Under the pieces are notes generated by a model. It was not told the origin of the DNA, did no database searches, and saw only the letters and a list, made by a program, of their open reading frames with translations. A program made the position numbers and the translations under genes. Shown here in pieces: positions 1 through 9,970 of a stretch of DNA of 64,000 nucleotides (the first letter of the stretch is position 1; each line of letters opens with the position of its first letter). This DNA comes from a virus. Its lineage: Duplodnaviria; Caudoviricetes. The DNA lies in the IMG/VR virus record IMGVR_UViG_3300037067_024922, positions 28,766 through 92,765 of that record. One strand, 5' to 3'.

Positions 1-2
1 AG

Positions 3-779
3 AGTGCAGATATACTTCCGCCATCTGAAATAGAAGCGGCTAAGCAAGATCTGGACGAATTGACATATCAGCAGGAGTATGAAGGTAGTTTTATCAATTT
101 TGAAGGAAGGACTTATTATGCATATTTTGATTTTACTCATAATGCCCGTATTGCTTATGATCCTAATCAACCATTAATCTTTACTCTTGATTTTAATGTT
201 GCGCCGGGGACAGCCGCAGTGATTCAGGAAAAGCAGGTAAGGGATCTTCAGACTAATGCAGTATTGATTGGTGAGACTGTGACAGGGATAATAGGAGAGG
301 TTTACATCCCTCGCAATTCAAATACCGTTCTTGTTTGTAATCGATTAATAAAAGATTGGGGTAATCATCAAGGGAGAGTTATCTGCTATGGTGATCCAAC
401 AGGAGGGAACAGAGGTACCGCTAAATTGCAAGGTAGTGATTGGGATCTTGTAAAGCAAATTTTGGGAGGCCATTTTGGGGATCGATTTTCTTTGGATGTT
501 GCAAGGGGCAATCCATCTGAACGAGATAGGGTCAATTCGGTTAATTCAAGGTTCCGAACTGTAACAGGGAAAATAAGAATGATGATTGACCCAAACAAAG
601 CTCCTCATGTTGCCAAGGATTTTGAAGGTGTGCAATGCGTAAAGGGCGGCAGTGGTGAGATAGACAAAAAGAAAAATCCCGAGCTGTCCCATTTATCAGA
701 TGGCGTTGGATATTACATCCATAGGAAATATCCAATTAGGAAGATAGAGAGCGGGATGGTAGATGTGAAAGGAACTTAA
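3..779 (+). CDS. terL: Terminase large subunit, C-terminal nuclease domain (5'-truncated by window edge)
   Basis: Frame open from position 3 (SADILPPSEIEAAKQDLDELTYQQEYEGSF); motifs LDFN, YGDPTG and HLSDGVGY are typical of TerL RNase H-like domains. Confidence 0.9.
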   Translation, partial: SADILPPSEIEAAKQDLDELTYQQEYEGSFINFEGRTYYAYFDFTHNARIAYDPNQPLIFTLDFNVAPGTAAVIQEKQVRDLQTNAVLIGETVTGIIGEVYIPRNSNTVLVCNRLIKDWGNHQGRVICYGDPTGGNRGTAKLQGSDWDLVKQILGGHFGDRFSLDVARGNPSERDRVNSVNSRFRTVTGKIRMMIDPNKAPHVAKDFEGVQCVKGGSGEIDKKKNPELSHLSDGVGYYIHRKYPIRKIESGMVDVKGT

Positions 780-796
780 AAATCGTTGAAAATGAA

Positions 797-820
797 AACA
801 GGGATATAATAAGAAAAAGG
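797..820 (+). promoter_or_regulatory. Promoter-like element containing TATAAT, identical copy at 2775-2798
   Basis: AACAGGGATATAATAAGAAAAAGG occurs at 797-820 and 2775-2798; related variants near 3798-3825, 5172-5185 and 9305-9330, all intergenic. Confidence 0.7.
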
Positions 821-837
821 GAAAGCCGAATGAGAAT

Positions 838-2776
838 ATGGAAAAGTGGGATAGCTTAACAGTTAAATCAAAGACCATTTCTATTCTGTCTGAAGCGGAC
901 CAACCAAAGTTGGGGCAATGGTATTGGGTAACGCAGATCAGCAGGTGGGATGGCGACCATGATCTCAAGAAAGGCGATTCTTATAAGTGGCTTGGCTGCG
1001 TCATGAAGATAGGCTCCAATTTTGTGGAGCTTCATACTCCTCATAACAATCACAAGGGACATGAATATACAAGGATTCATTTTGATGATTTTTTTAAGAG
1101 TCTTGAGCTTGAGAAGAATCCGCAATCGATAATGGATGAAAACATCTCCCATTGGCAATTTGAAGTCAAGAGCTTATTAGGCAAAGTCAGGGATGTCACC
1201 GCAAGATTAGGAATCAGCCAGAAGAAAGCATTGCCTACCCAAGATGAAAACTCTACCGCTTTGATGGCAGTATCAGGCAAGGACAATATCGTTTCATATA
1301 AAAAGGATTTGATCCTTGCAAAAGAAGAGACTCTCCCGGAATTATTCGAGGCCATAAAATCAGCAGAAGGAGAATTGTGTGCATGGATGATGGCAGAAAC
1401 CATGGAGACACGGGCTTCAATAATCCCAATGGAAAATTCCATTGATGAAATAAACAACCGGATCTTTGCTGTTGGGCTGTATGCAGGACTTGAGGAACAT
1501 ATCAAAAAGATAAGTGACGGAGAGCCAGCAGCAATCTCTGCCAAACTACATATCATGCAGCGTAAAGCATTCATGGATGAGGAATGCCTGCTCAATTACA
1601 AATCAGGAGGGATGGAGTTTAAAGATATCTCTGAATTTGATAAATGGATTGCTCGTCCTAAGAACAGGGACAGGATATTGCCTTTCCCAAGGACGATGGT
1701 TGCCATGCAGGTCAGGAGGAAGGTTAAGGACCGGGATTGGGAAGGCGATCTGCTTAAACTATTCATAAATTTTCACAGTGAAATATCAGATAAGTTTACT
1801 TACCTATATGTTCGGAATGGGGAGCAATTATCAAGGGTCTCTTGCGAGATTGAATTTGACGATATGATATTCCCTGACAAAAACATTTATGATCCTGCGG
1901 GATTGAAAATGGTCAAGATGTTTTGCGAGAAGGTTGACGAAATTATTCCCCTCTCTCTATATGAAGAGGTGTTGAAGGAGTATAAAACCAAGAAAGCAAA
2001 AAGTAAACAATGGGAGAAAGAGCATCCAAAAGAGCATTACTTCAAAAATCCATTTAGAGATTTTGATCGTTTTAATCCTGACGACTGGGCACCATTTGAT
2101 CAGAGCAATGTTCATTTTGACGAGTGCATGGAAAGCATCGCCAGTGAGGTCAGAAAATATAATCGTGTGGCCCTTATTGTTCAAGGGCTTTTTGACAGGT
2201 CCCTGATCTTGCATCCTCATCTGCCGGCGAAGACATGGTCTCCAGCAGGATTTGATCAGGTTATAAAATTGGTTTACGATGGGGAGATGACTTTGCATTA
2301 TGGGCAGGCTCCTGATTTTGAGGCATACAGAGCTGCCAAAAATAAATCTCTTATGAAAGGATCGGTGACTACAGGCCAGAATCTTTATTGGCAAAAGATG
2401 GAAGCCAAAAAAGAAAATGCCCGGATGGATGCCAGTTAGAGAAACAAAGCCACTTGGCGACATACGACATTCAAACCTTATGGCGATCCTGGGCCAAGCG
2501 ATCCTGGGGGAGATATTCTTTTGGAGAAAAGGATTACGCTTTGCAGTCTTTGAATGGTTAAGGGAGCGTCAGCATTTCAATTACAGATATGGCGCCAATA
2601 GATCCGAGACATTAAGAGCCACAGCAACTGTTCCGGAGAATCATTTGTTTAACATCTCCGCATATAAACCTGGCGAGTATCTCCAATTCTTTAATGACCC
2701 AAGGACCCGAGAGCAATACTTAAAATGGGCACCTATACTTCTCACGGCAGAAGATTATTGGAGTGAAAATCAGTAA
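838..2776 (+). pseudogene. Large phage hypothetical protein, apparently split by TAG (2437-2439) and a +1 frameshift near 2496
   Basis: The 533-aa ORF stops at TAG but its frame continues RNKATWRHTTFKPYGDPGP; removing one A at ~2496 joins it to the 2417..2776 frame, which has no clear RBS of its own. Confidence 0.55.
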
Positions 2777-2924
2777 CAGGGATATAATAAGAAAAAGGAG
2801 GAGCTGATGTGGTGTGATTATTTACTTGCACTTATGATTCTTGTTATTGTTATTGCTCTGACTGTAATCCTTAAACATGTTTTAAGCAAAATTTTCTCTA
2901 ACATAGGCAAAGGAGGAACTGACG

Positions 2925-3191
2925 ATGGAATTTGAAGAGAGCAAGGTTTACAAATATGTTAGGCTGGATACAGGGGAATTGAGATTTTGCCCGGGAGGAT
3001 CAGCCGGGAGCCCTTCCCATAAATCCCTTGTCAAGGAAACAGACAGGGTTCTCTCTGCGGGGACAATCGGTGTATTGCCTGGGGACAAGTTACTGATGCT
3101 CGATGAAGGGTCGATGACGCTGAATCTTTGTGCAGGTCTGTCGTCTGATCGGCCTTTGATTGAGAAGGAGACAGGAAGGAAATTCAGGTGA
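2925..3191 (+). CDS. Hypothetical protein
   Basis: ORF preceded by AGGAGG RBS. Confidence 0.6.
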   Translation: MEFEESKVYKYVRLDTGELRFCPGGSAGSPSHKSLVKETDRVLSAGTIGVLPGDKLLMLDEGSMTLNLCAGLSSDRPLIEKETGRKFR

Positions 3192-3373
3192 CAACATTTA
3201 TGATAAAGCCTGTGGCCGCTCTGCGTGAGCCGCATAAGGCAACCATTTATCGTGATGAAATCATTTGTAGGATTATCAGAGAGATGCGAAGACTTGGCAG
3301 CAGGCTGATTTTCTACAATGAAATAGAAGATGGGACGACCATGATGCAATTTGAAGAAAGGTCTGTAGGATGA
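3188..3373 (+). CDS. Hypothetical protein
   Basis: 4-nt start/stop overlaps with both neighbours. Confidence 0.5.
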   Translation: MTTFMIKPVAALREPHKATIYRDEIICRIIREMRRLGSRLIFYNEIEDGTTMMQFEERSVG

Positions 3374-3702
3374 AGACTTCCTATTTTGGGAAATCAAAGG
3401 ACGATGCAAATGCGGTGGCGATTACAGCCTATTGTCCTTCCTGGTTCAGAGGCAGACATTATGCTCTCCTTGCTCCTCCTTGGAGCATAGTCTCGCAGTA
3501 CAAGAAAAATTTGATAAATGAAGAGCAATATGAAGAGCTGTATTTCCGGCACGTTCTTAGCAATACAACACCCCAGCAGGTATTGAGGGATCTTGGCCCT
3601 GATGCGATTCTTTTGTGTTATGAGAAATCAGGATTCTGTCACCGGCATATTGTCGCTGAATGGCTCAGGGCGGCAGGGATAGAATGTGAGGAATTATCGT
3701 GA
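3370..3702 (+). CDS. DUF488/YeaO-like protein
   Basis: KTSYF...LAPPW...LLCYEKSGFCHRHIVAEWL pattern. Confidence 0.75.
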   Translation: MKTSYFGKSKDDANAVAITAYCPSWFRGRHYALLAPPWSIVSQYKKNLINEEQYEELYFRHVLSNTTPQQVLRDLGPDAILLCYEKSGFCHRHIVAEWLRAAGIECEELS

Positions 3703-3838
3703 AGATGAATGAAGCGTTTCCCGACAGAAAAGAGGCTTTGGAGTTAGCCAAGAAATTCGCTTCATGAAGACAAAAATAATTTGCCTGTGGTTAAGGAAAC
3801 AGGGGTATAATAAAAAAAAGAAAGGAGATTAGTACAGT

Positions 3839-4018
3839 ATGGCAGGAAAAACGATGTTGAATAAGGTTGAGGACATGATTGTGATTCTTGAGGGAACTTG
3901 CGCGGACGCAAGCAAAGCGGACGAAGGGAACAAGGCAGCAGCACAGCGCCTTCGGGCTGGTATAGCCCAGATTCCTCCGACGATTAAGGATCTCAAGAAG
4001 CAGTCGCTCGGCAAGTAG
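3839..4018 (+). CDS. Small Hc1-like (histone H1-like N-terminal domain) protein, 59 aa, absent from the ORF track
   Basis: Read by hand: MAGKTMLNKVEDMIVILEGTCADASKADEGNKAAAQRLRAGIAQIPPTIKDLKKQSLGK; GNKAA-x-R-x-R motif; has its own TATAAT, AAAGGAG RBS and a downstream terminator. Confidence 0.65.
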   Translation: MAGKTMLNKVEDMIVILEGTCADASKADEGNKAAAQRLRAGIAQIPPTIKDLKKQSLGK

Positions 4019-4043
4019 ATTTGTCCTACTGCCGTGCGACATT

Positions 4044-4083
4044 CGGGAAGGGGAGCACTGGCACTCTCCCCTTCCCGGCTTTT
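4044..4083 (+). terminator. Intrinsic terminator
   Basis: 12-bp stem CGGGAAGGGGAG/CTCCCCTTCCCG followed by GCTTTT. Confidence 0.7.
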
Positions 4084-4104
4084 AGATTAGGAGGACATTG
4101 CAGT

Positions 4105-4911
4105 ATGATCAAGTTTGGTCTGATAGGCAATGGTAAGATTGCGCAACGTCATAAAAATGCAATTAAACATGTTGGTGGTGAATTGGTATGGGTGAGTGAT
4201 CCATTGTTAAAAGGACAAGAATTGATTGATGGGACCATATATCAAGGAGATATTCCTTTGTGTGATATGAAAGGATTAGAAGGAGTTTGGGGCAACCAAA
4301 TAGATTATGTTGTCATCTGTTCTCCGACATATCTCCATCGTCAGCAGACACAAGAAGCCTTGAAATATAATAAGCAAGTCATTTGCGAAAAGCCTCTCTG
4401 CTTACCTTGGGAGCCATTGATTGATGATGATAGGATCAATGTATGTCTACAGTTGCGCTACATTGAAAATCTTCCCAAGGCGGCAGATCTTGTCAGGGCG
4501 GTGATGGTCAGGGATGAGGAATTTTTCAAGTCATGGAAGGGAGACCCAAGACAAGCAGGAGGAAACCTGTATGAGTTTTTTATTCATTATATTGATCTTG
4601 CCATCTTGCTTGGCGCAGGTTTTGAAGGCAGCGTGTTGCCGGAAGGGAAGCAAGTAAGGGAAATAATTTTTAACAAAGAGGCTTGTCAAGGGCCAAGTAT
4701 TTCTCAAAATAAAGAATTTAAGCTGGACATCATGGCGATTGATATGCAATCCCTTTATAATCGCATGTATGAAGACATCTTGAATGGTGGCGGCATCAAG
4801 CCAAAGGATATTTTTTACCTCACCTGGGTGCTGAATCAGAACAGCATCAAGCATGGTTTCAGGAAGAGTGGGATTGATAGCCCAATCGTTTTAGGCAAGG
4901 AACTGTTATGA
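4105..4911 (+). CDS. Gfo/Idh/MocA oxidoreductase (WbpB/WlbA-like sugar 3-dehydrogenase)
   Basis: FGLIGNGKIAQRH, VICSPTYLH, ICEKPL, SWKGD...GG...IHYIDL; AGGAGG RBS before ATG 4105. Confidence 0.85.
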   Translation: MIKFGLIGNGKIAQRHKNAIKHVGGELVWVSDPLLKGQELIDGTIYQGDIPLCDMKGLEGVWGNQIDYVVICSPTYLHRQQTQEALKYNKQVICEKPLCLPWEPLIDDDRINVCLQLRYIENLPKAADLVRAVMVRDEEFFKSWKGDPRQAGGNLYEFFIHYIDLAILLGAGFEGSVLPEGKQVREIIFNKEACQGPSISQNKEFKLDIMAIDMQSLYNRMYEDILNGGGIKPKDIFYLTWVLNQNSIKHGFRKSGIDSPIVLGKELL

Positions 4912-5150
4912 TCAGCGATAAAGAGCTTACAACCGAAATGATGAAAATCATCGAGTCAGATGAGAGGTTGCGCACTGCTCGTAGAATATGTCACGATCTT
5001 CTCGGTTTTATACTTCATTTGATCAACCCCATATTGAAGCAAAGAGGATTTCCAGAGTGCGTTGTAATTGGTATCTCCGTATTTATTCCTAACAAGGACA
5101 CTAAAAAATCAGATGAGGTCATTGTTCAAGGACCTTCAACAATACAATAA
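4908..5150 (+). CDS. Hypothetical protein
   Basis: ATGA-coupled to the upstream gene. Confidence 0.55.
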   Translation: MISDKELTTEMMKIIESDERLRTARRICHDLLGFILHLINPILKQRGFPECVVIGISVFIPNKDTKKSDEVIVQGPSTIQ

Positions 5151-5204
5151 AATAGACGCAAAATTCCTGTTTAGGGATATAATATATTTGGAGAGGTGAG
5201 ATTA

Positions 5205-5783
5205 ATGAAAGTTCCTGATGCATATATTTGCCCAGATTGTGATGAAGTTTTTTCCTTTATAAGGACACCATTATCAAATCCGTCCCCTATTTGTCCGATC
5301 TGCGGTAATACGAACCTTTTGAGTCTTGGAAAGGTTCTCAACCGTAAGGAGGTCAAAAATGAAGATACTAACAATTTCTGTATCGGTGTTCTTGTTAGGG
5401 ATTCAGATTCTTGCCACGGTATTGATTGTGCAACCTGTGGTGCCCTTGAAAGCCCAAAACAAACTCCAGGCTGCCTCGATCAAAGTGGGGTTGGGAGATC
5501 CGGGCGACAAGGTGCTGAAGGCGGTATCAATGGCATCAAAGCAGACGGGATTGTCGGAATCGTTTCTTCTATCGCTGATGTACTCGGAATCCTCTTTCGA
5601 TCCAAAAGCAATATCAAGCAAGCATTATCAAGGATTAATGCAGATCCCGCCGAGCAACAACCATCTGCACCAGGAGGAGGATGTGAATACGCTGATCGGT
5701 GCGAAAATACTTTTAAGAAAGTTGGATGCCACCAAGGGGAATATAAGGAGCGCGATTGTTTTGTACAAGGGATGGCCGATTGA
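5205..5783 (+). CDS. Zn-ribbon protein; probably only the N-terminal ~50 aa is functional, the rest overlaps the SLT gene
   Basis: CPDC...CPICG after TATAAT and a GAGG RBS. Confidence 0.45.
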   Translation: MKVPDAYICPDCDEVFSFIRTPLSNPSPICPICGNTNLLSLGKVLNRKEVKNEDTNNFCIGVLVRDSDSCHGIDCATCGALESPKQTPGCLDQSGVGRSGRQGAEGGINGIKADGIVGIVSSIADVLGILFRSKSNIKQALSRINADPAEQQPSAPGGGCEYADRCENTFKKVGCHQGEYKERDCFVQGMAD

Positions 5784-5853
5784 TCACCCCGAAGGGAAAA
5801 GGCAAGCCGATAAGGTAATGAGATTGGCAAGGCTTTTGAAAAAGGAGGCATGA
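5359..5853 (+). CDS. Lytic transglycosylase (SLT domain) with N-terminal membrane anchor
   Basis: ESSFDPKAISSKHYQGLMQI motif; hydrophobic N-terminus; TAAGGAGG RBS. Confidence 0.85.
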   Translation: MKILTISVSVFLLGIQILATVLIVQPVVPLKAQNKLQAASIKVGLGDPGDKVLKAVSMASKQTGLSESFLLSLMYSESSFDPKAISSKHYQGLMQIPPSNNHLHQEEDVNTLIGAKILLRKLDATKGNIRSAIVLYKGWPIDHPEGKRQADKVMRLARLLKKEA

Positions 5854-6284
5854 TGTCATTTGTAGAAGCTACTTTGATTAAGGCAAAGACAGATGACGGA
5901 CTTTGGGAAATGAAGGATGAGATTCCTCTCGGAAAGGAGTACTTAGTTGATCCTGAGTCCATAATGGTTCTTGAGGCAATCCATATTCCAACCGGCCAGA
6001 AACATGCAAGACATATGATCAGATGTGATAACAGAGCTTGGATGCCATTTGAAATGATTAGTATCAAAGAATCACCAACCGGGCTTCCAATATATCCTTT
6101 ATATCACAAGAGGTGTGGTCAGATTGCTTTTTATACGACAGTGGAGTTTGCTGTTGGAGATGAACTTTCTGTTGATAAGATAATCTTATTGGATGGGAAG
6201 CATCCGGTAGAGGGAGATCTCATTATTTGTGGCTCGTGCAATGAAGAGATTTCTCCCGGTCCTGACGAAACTGAGTATCGGTAA
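5850..6284 (+). CDS. Hypothetical protein with C-terminal Zn-binding motif
   Basis: RBS; HKRCG...CGSC. Confidence 0.6.
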   Translation: MMSFVEATLIKAKTDDGLWEMKDEIPLGKEYLVDPESIMVLEAIHIPTGQKHARHMIRCDNRAWMPFEMISIKESPTGLPIYPLYHKRCGQIAFYTTVEFAVGDELSVDKIILLDGKHPVEGDLIICGSCNEEISPGPDETEYR

Positions 6285-6297
6285 AAGGAGGCATGAG

Positions 6298-6573
6298 ATG
6301 GAGCCCTTTTTTACAGCAGAAAAAGTTGGTGAGTTTGTCCTTGAGGTTGTTTGTCCGTGTGTTGCTGTCTTCTGCATTGTTTTCGTTATTGGTTTCGTTA
6401 TTTATAAGATATTTTCGACACCCGAGAACAGCAAGAGGGTGATTTTGGAAAGAAAAATGAATGACGGAAAATGTATAAGCATAGCTGTTCTTAAACACAG
6501 ATTGGAGACCCTCTTTACTCTTTTTCAGGAAGGATGGAGGGCTGTTCCTGATGATCCGGCAGATGATCGATAA
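6298..6573 (+). CDS. Hypothetical membrane protein
   Basis: AAGGAGG RBS; one hydrophobic helix. Confidence 0.5.
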   Translation: MEPFFTAEKVGEFVLEVVCPCVAVFCIVFVIGFVIYKIFSTPENSKRVILERKMNDGKCISIAVLKHRLETLFTLFQEGWRAVPDDPADDR

Positions 6574-6790
6574 GGAGTTTAGTATGGATAAATTCAGACC
6601 CGTATTCAAAACCGGCTTTTGGCCTGAGTTTTACAAGATCGGATTTATTTTCCTGGTTGCTTTGATGATTGGGATTAGCGTAGGTAACTATTATGCCTAT
6701 ATAGCGATGGATAATAGGCTTCAGGATGTTGCCACATACAAGGCGATCAGGATTGATGGCAAGGAATATGATCTAAAGGAGAGGCCATAA
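6551..6790 (+). CDS. Hypothetical membrane protein
   Basis: Hydrophobic helix; RBS near internal ATG. Confidence 0.55.
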   Translation: MIRQMIDKEFSMDKFRPVFKTGFWPEFYKIGFIFLVALMIGISVGNYYAYIAMDNRLQDVATYKAIRIDGKEYDLKERP

Positions 6791-6895
6791 AGGGCGGGGC
6801 ATGAGCGTGAGAGTTTTCAGAAAGCAGGGATAGGCTCGCTGACAAACCTGCCATAGCGCAATTGTCCCGCCCGACTTTGAAAGGAGAGAAGGAAC

Positions 6896-7360
6896 GTGGA
6901 AACACAGATCAGGGAAGCGTTGGCAAGGGGCTATGGCTCACCAGAAAACGAGAAAAAGGTTATTGACCCCGTTTTAATCGAAGCAATGGTGAAAGAAGTA
7001 ATCGCTGCCTTCGAAGAGGAGGTGAGGGAGGCGAATTCTAATATAAATTACCTTCTCGAGGTAACACTTCCGCAAGATGTTGTTGTTAGGGTTTGCCCAA
7101 GCGGATCTGCTGAGATACCTATTTTTTCCCTCGTTGTTTCGGTAAGCAATCTCGTAAAAAAGTTTGGCGAATCAGTCGACCGCATCACCGTCCTGACCGC
7201 CGAGAGGGATAAACTACGGGAGGCGTTGTTATCTAAGGGGCTTGACTATAATGGGAATTACATTAACCAACGGGAGCCTAAAGATATTACAGACGAAACG
7301 AAACAAAGGGCAATGGAGAGATTTTCCGACGCCCTTAAGGAGGAAACCGATGAGATGTAG
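6896..7360 (+). CDS. Hypothetical phage protein
   Basis: RBS; coupled to the next gene. Confidence 0.6.
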   Translation: METQIREALARGYGSPENEKKVIDPVLIEAMVKEVIAAFEEEVREANSNINYLLEVTLPQDVVVRVCPSGSAEIPIFSLVVSVSNLVKKFGESVDRITVLTAERDKLREALLSKGLDYNGNYINQREPKDITDETKQRAMERFSDALKEETDEM

Positions 7361-7724
7361 AGAACACCACATGACGCTAAGAAATGGTATTGGTAGGTGC
7401 TCCGTCCCAATGTGGGTGGGTGGGGTTGAAGTATTCTGCGATGAGACTGCGTATGGAAAGCCACCGGAAAGCAAAACATTCTTTAATTATGCAGCAGGAT
7501 GTAGGCAAAGGGTTGATGGCAGATATGATGGCTATGTTCCGGGGTTGGCTTGTTTTGGTCATGGAGGCCCGAAAAAAGAAGAGGTTTTGAATCTATGTGA
7601 GTTTTGTTCCCGTGAATTTGCGACTTGTCAGTCTGCTCCTAAGTTTGGCTGTGGAAGGGGCAATGATAACGTCTTTGAATGTGGCTCTTTTGCTCTTAAG
7701 GAGGCCACCGATGAACCCACTTAA
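7350..7724 (+). CDS. Cys-rich hypothetical protein
   Basis: TAAGGAGG RBS; several Cys/His clusters. Confidence 0.6.
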   Translation: MRCREHHMTLRNGIGRCSVPMWVGGVEVFCDETAYGKPPESKTFFNYAAGCRQRVDGRYDGYVPGLACFGHGGPKKEEVLNLCEFCSREFATCQSAPKFGCGRGNDNVFECGSFALKEATDEPT

Positions 7725-8100
7725 CTATGCAAGCCTTGAGGCCAGTAAGAGGTTGTCAGAGGTAGGGATTGTTCTTCTCTTTGTTGATAAAGCCTGGATA
7801 CATGACAAATGGGATGATACATGGGTACTTGGAGTCGTAACCCCAACAATTGAAGCCCGAAAGGAGCGATGGGAATTTTACATGGCCCCCTCAATGGCCG
7901 AAGCATGGAGGGAGTTGCCGGAGTGGAGATATGATAAACGTAAAACTCTGATAGGGATTGAAGGGCTTGCTTGTGCTGGTTATACTAATTGGGAGAGTAG
8001 ATTTACATCTGGAGAATCTTTTACAAGTAACAACCCCACCGATGCCTTGATCAACTTGCTGATTTGGGTAAAGAAGGAGAAGGCCGATGGACAGAAATAA
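7711..8100 (+). CDS. Hypothetical phage protein
   Basis: TAAGGAGG RBS before ATG 7711. Confidence 0.6.
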   Translation: MNPLNYASLEASKRLSEVGIVLLFVDKAWIHDKWDDTWVLGVVTPTIEARKERWEFYMAPSMAEAWRELPEWRYDKRKTLIGIEGLACAGYTNWESRFTSGESFTSNNPTDALINLLIWVKKEKADGQK

Positions 8101-8563
8101 GCGTTTTGCTGAACTGGCGGGTATTCACAGACATTCCGATGTCGGCTTTGTTGAGTTTAGGGAGCCGCCTATCGGATTTAAGCACATCTGTCATTCCTGT
8201 GGGGAAATAGTCCCTTTTATCAATTACAACTCCGACTACACCGCCGATCCCTGTGAGGTGTTGAAGGTGATGATGACGAGAGAGGATTGGCCGGAATTTC
8301 AGGACAGGGTTGGCGGTGCAGACTTCAGGGATGGAGAACTGAGGATTTTGATTGATATTGACCTCATCCTCGACACCACCGGCAAACTTCTGGATATTGG
8401 AATTGACTGGCTATGGAGACTGTTTTCAGAATGGCTCGCAGAGTATCTGTTTTCAGAATGGCTTACAGAGCATCAGCCAGAACTACACTTTGATATTGAC
8501 GCCTTCTTTGCCTATCCGGGACATGGAGAACTTTTGAAAGAATGGATGGAGGGAAGGAAATGA
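8087..8563 (+). CDS. Hypothetical phage protein with an internal 27-nt tandem duplication
   Basis: RBS; LFSEWLAEY-LFSEWLTEH. Confidence 0.6.
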   Translation: MDRNKRFAELAGIHRHSDVGFVEFREPPIGFKHICHSCGEIVPFINYNSDYTADPCEVLKVMMTREDWPEFQDRVGGADFRDGELRILIDIDLILDTTGKLLDIGIDWLWRLFSEWLAEYLFSEWLTEHQPELHFDIDAFFAYPGHGELLKEWMEGRK

Positions 8564-8729
8564 CACGTGAGATGATGGAGCTGCTGATTTTATTGATATA
8601 CAAACAAGCTGAAATTACCTTTAGATCAGGTAGGGATTTTTGTACACTAGATGAACAGAAAAGCAGGGACAAAATAGAAAGAGAATTATTAGAAATGTGT
8701 GATAGTGATTGAATGGATGGAGGCGCACC

Positions 8730-9104
8730 ATGACTGAACTAACCGACGCAGACAGGAAGGTGCTTATGGAGTTCTTGGGGGAGTGCGACCATAAATGGAA
8801 ATTCACACGACTTAGTTCCATTGATGGTAAAAGCACCTGCCAGATATGCGGGAAAGAAGTGTGGGATGGAGAGAAGATCGTGAATCGTCGCACCTTCACC
8901 ACCCCTGACGACATGATGGCCCTCAAGGACAAGTTGGTGCAGAAGGGGATGTGGTGTGAGTTCTACTTCTTCTGTAACGAAAGATGGGAGTCTCCTATGG
9001 ACGTAGATGATGATACACGATGGGGAGATCCCTCATTTACTAACTGGCTCTTCGCGCCGCCCCGTTTCTGCTGGCTGGTGGGGGAGTGGCTAAAGGTGAA
9101 GTGA
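8730..9104 (+). CDS. Hypothetical phage protein with Zn-ribbon
   Basis: GGAGG RBS; CDH...CQICG. Confidence 0.6.
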   Translation: MTELTDADRKVLMEFLGECDHKWKFTRLSSIDGKSTCQICGKEVWDGEKIVNRRTFTTPDDMMALKDKLVQKGMWCEFYFFCNERWESPMDVDDDTRWGDPSFTNWLFAPPRFCWLVGEWLKVK

Positions 9105-9339
9105 TGACCGAGCCTTTAATTCGGATGTGCCATACATGCCATTGGGTAGGAACAGCAAAAGATATGACTAAAGAGTTTAAGTGTCCAAAGTGCGGGGAGT
9201 TTAGCAATGTCAAAGTAATGATATTTCTCCCCGCCAAGATAATGAGCGAGGCGATGGTTTGAAAACGAAAGGGGATTGGAATAAATTACTTGAAAAGCAA
9301 TTTTGAGGTTATAATAAAAAGAAAAAGGAGGATCCAAAA

Positions 9340-9924
9340 ATGAATAAAATCACATTGACCCTTGCGCAGATCATGGCGGCATCGCAGGCGTTGGCTTTGA
9401 TTCTCAGGCAAAAGGGAATCCCTGCAAGAACCTCTTACTGGTTGAAGAGAAACTTTGATCATCTTTATCCGAAGGAGAAAAATTTTAGGGATCTCATCAA
9501 AAGGACATTCGAAGAGGACAAGAGGGCAATAGAATCAGATGGTCTTTCTTTCATCCCGCCGGAGAAATACAAAGCGTTCAAAGCGGGTCTTGTCAAACAA
9601 ATATCGGTTCGTGATGATGAGCAGCTGTTGGCCTATATCCAGTCCTTTGAGATAGAGATCAAAAAAGGACAGCTCTTTATGTCTCCAAAAGACATGGAGG
9701 ATTTTAATGTCGAGGCCAACAGGCTTGCAGAGGAGATGAAGGACGAGATTGAATATACCCCGATTCTGATGGATGAGAAATTCGATGCTGCGTTGTCTGT
9801 AATACCTGCCGGAACTCTCGGAGACATTTGGTGGATGATTACTATTGATGCAGAGAATGCAGAGGCTGATGCCCAAGAATGCGGTTTACGCAGAACAACC
9901 GTAGCGCTGCCCAAGAACTACTAA
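9340..9924 (+). CDS. Hypothetical phage protein (DUF1617-like N-terminus)
   Basis: Own TATAAT and AAGGAGG; IPARTSYWLKRN pattern. Confidence 0.6.
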   Translation: MNKITLTLAQIMAASQALALILRQKGIPARTSYWLKRNFDHLYPKEKNFRDLIKRTFEEDKRAIESDGLSFIPPEKYKAFKAGLVKQISVRDDEQLLAYIQSFEIEIKKGQLFMSPKDMEDFNVEANRLAEEMKDEIEYTPILMDEKFDAALSVIPAGTLGDIWWMITIDAENAEADAQECGLRRTTVALPKNY

Positions 9925-9970
9925 TGTCGACGCGAGGCAGATGGTGAACAAAATAGGGGAGACAAATAAA

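Noticed and set aside
2437-2439. Stop-codon reassignment suggested by in-frame TAG (2437) and TAA (62895)
   Set aside because: The two stops are different codons, both end many clearly complete genes (for example TAG at 4018 and 21649), long genes are uninterrupted under code 11, and no suppressor tRNA was seen
6792-6872. tRNA gene
   Set aside because: No TTC T-loop, D-loop or cloverleaf; kept only as an unknown structured element
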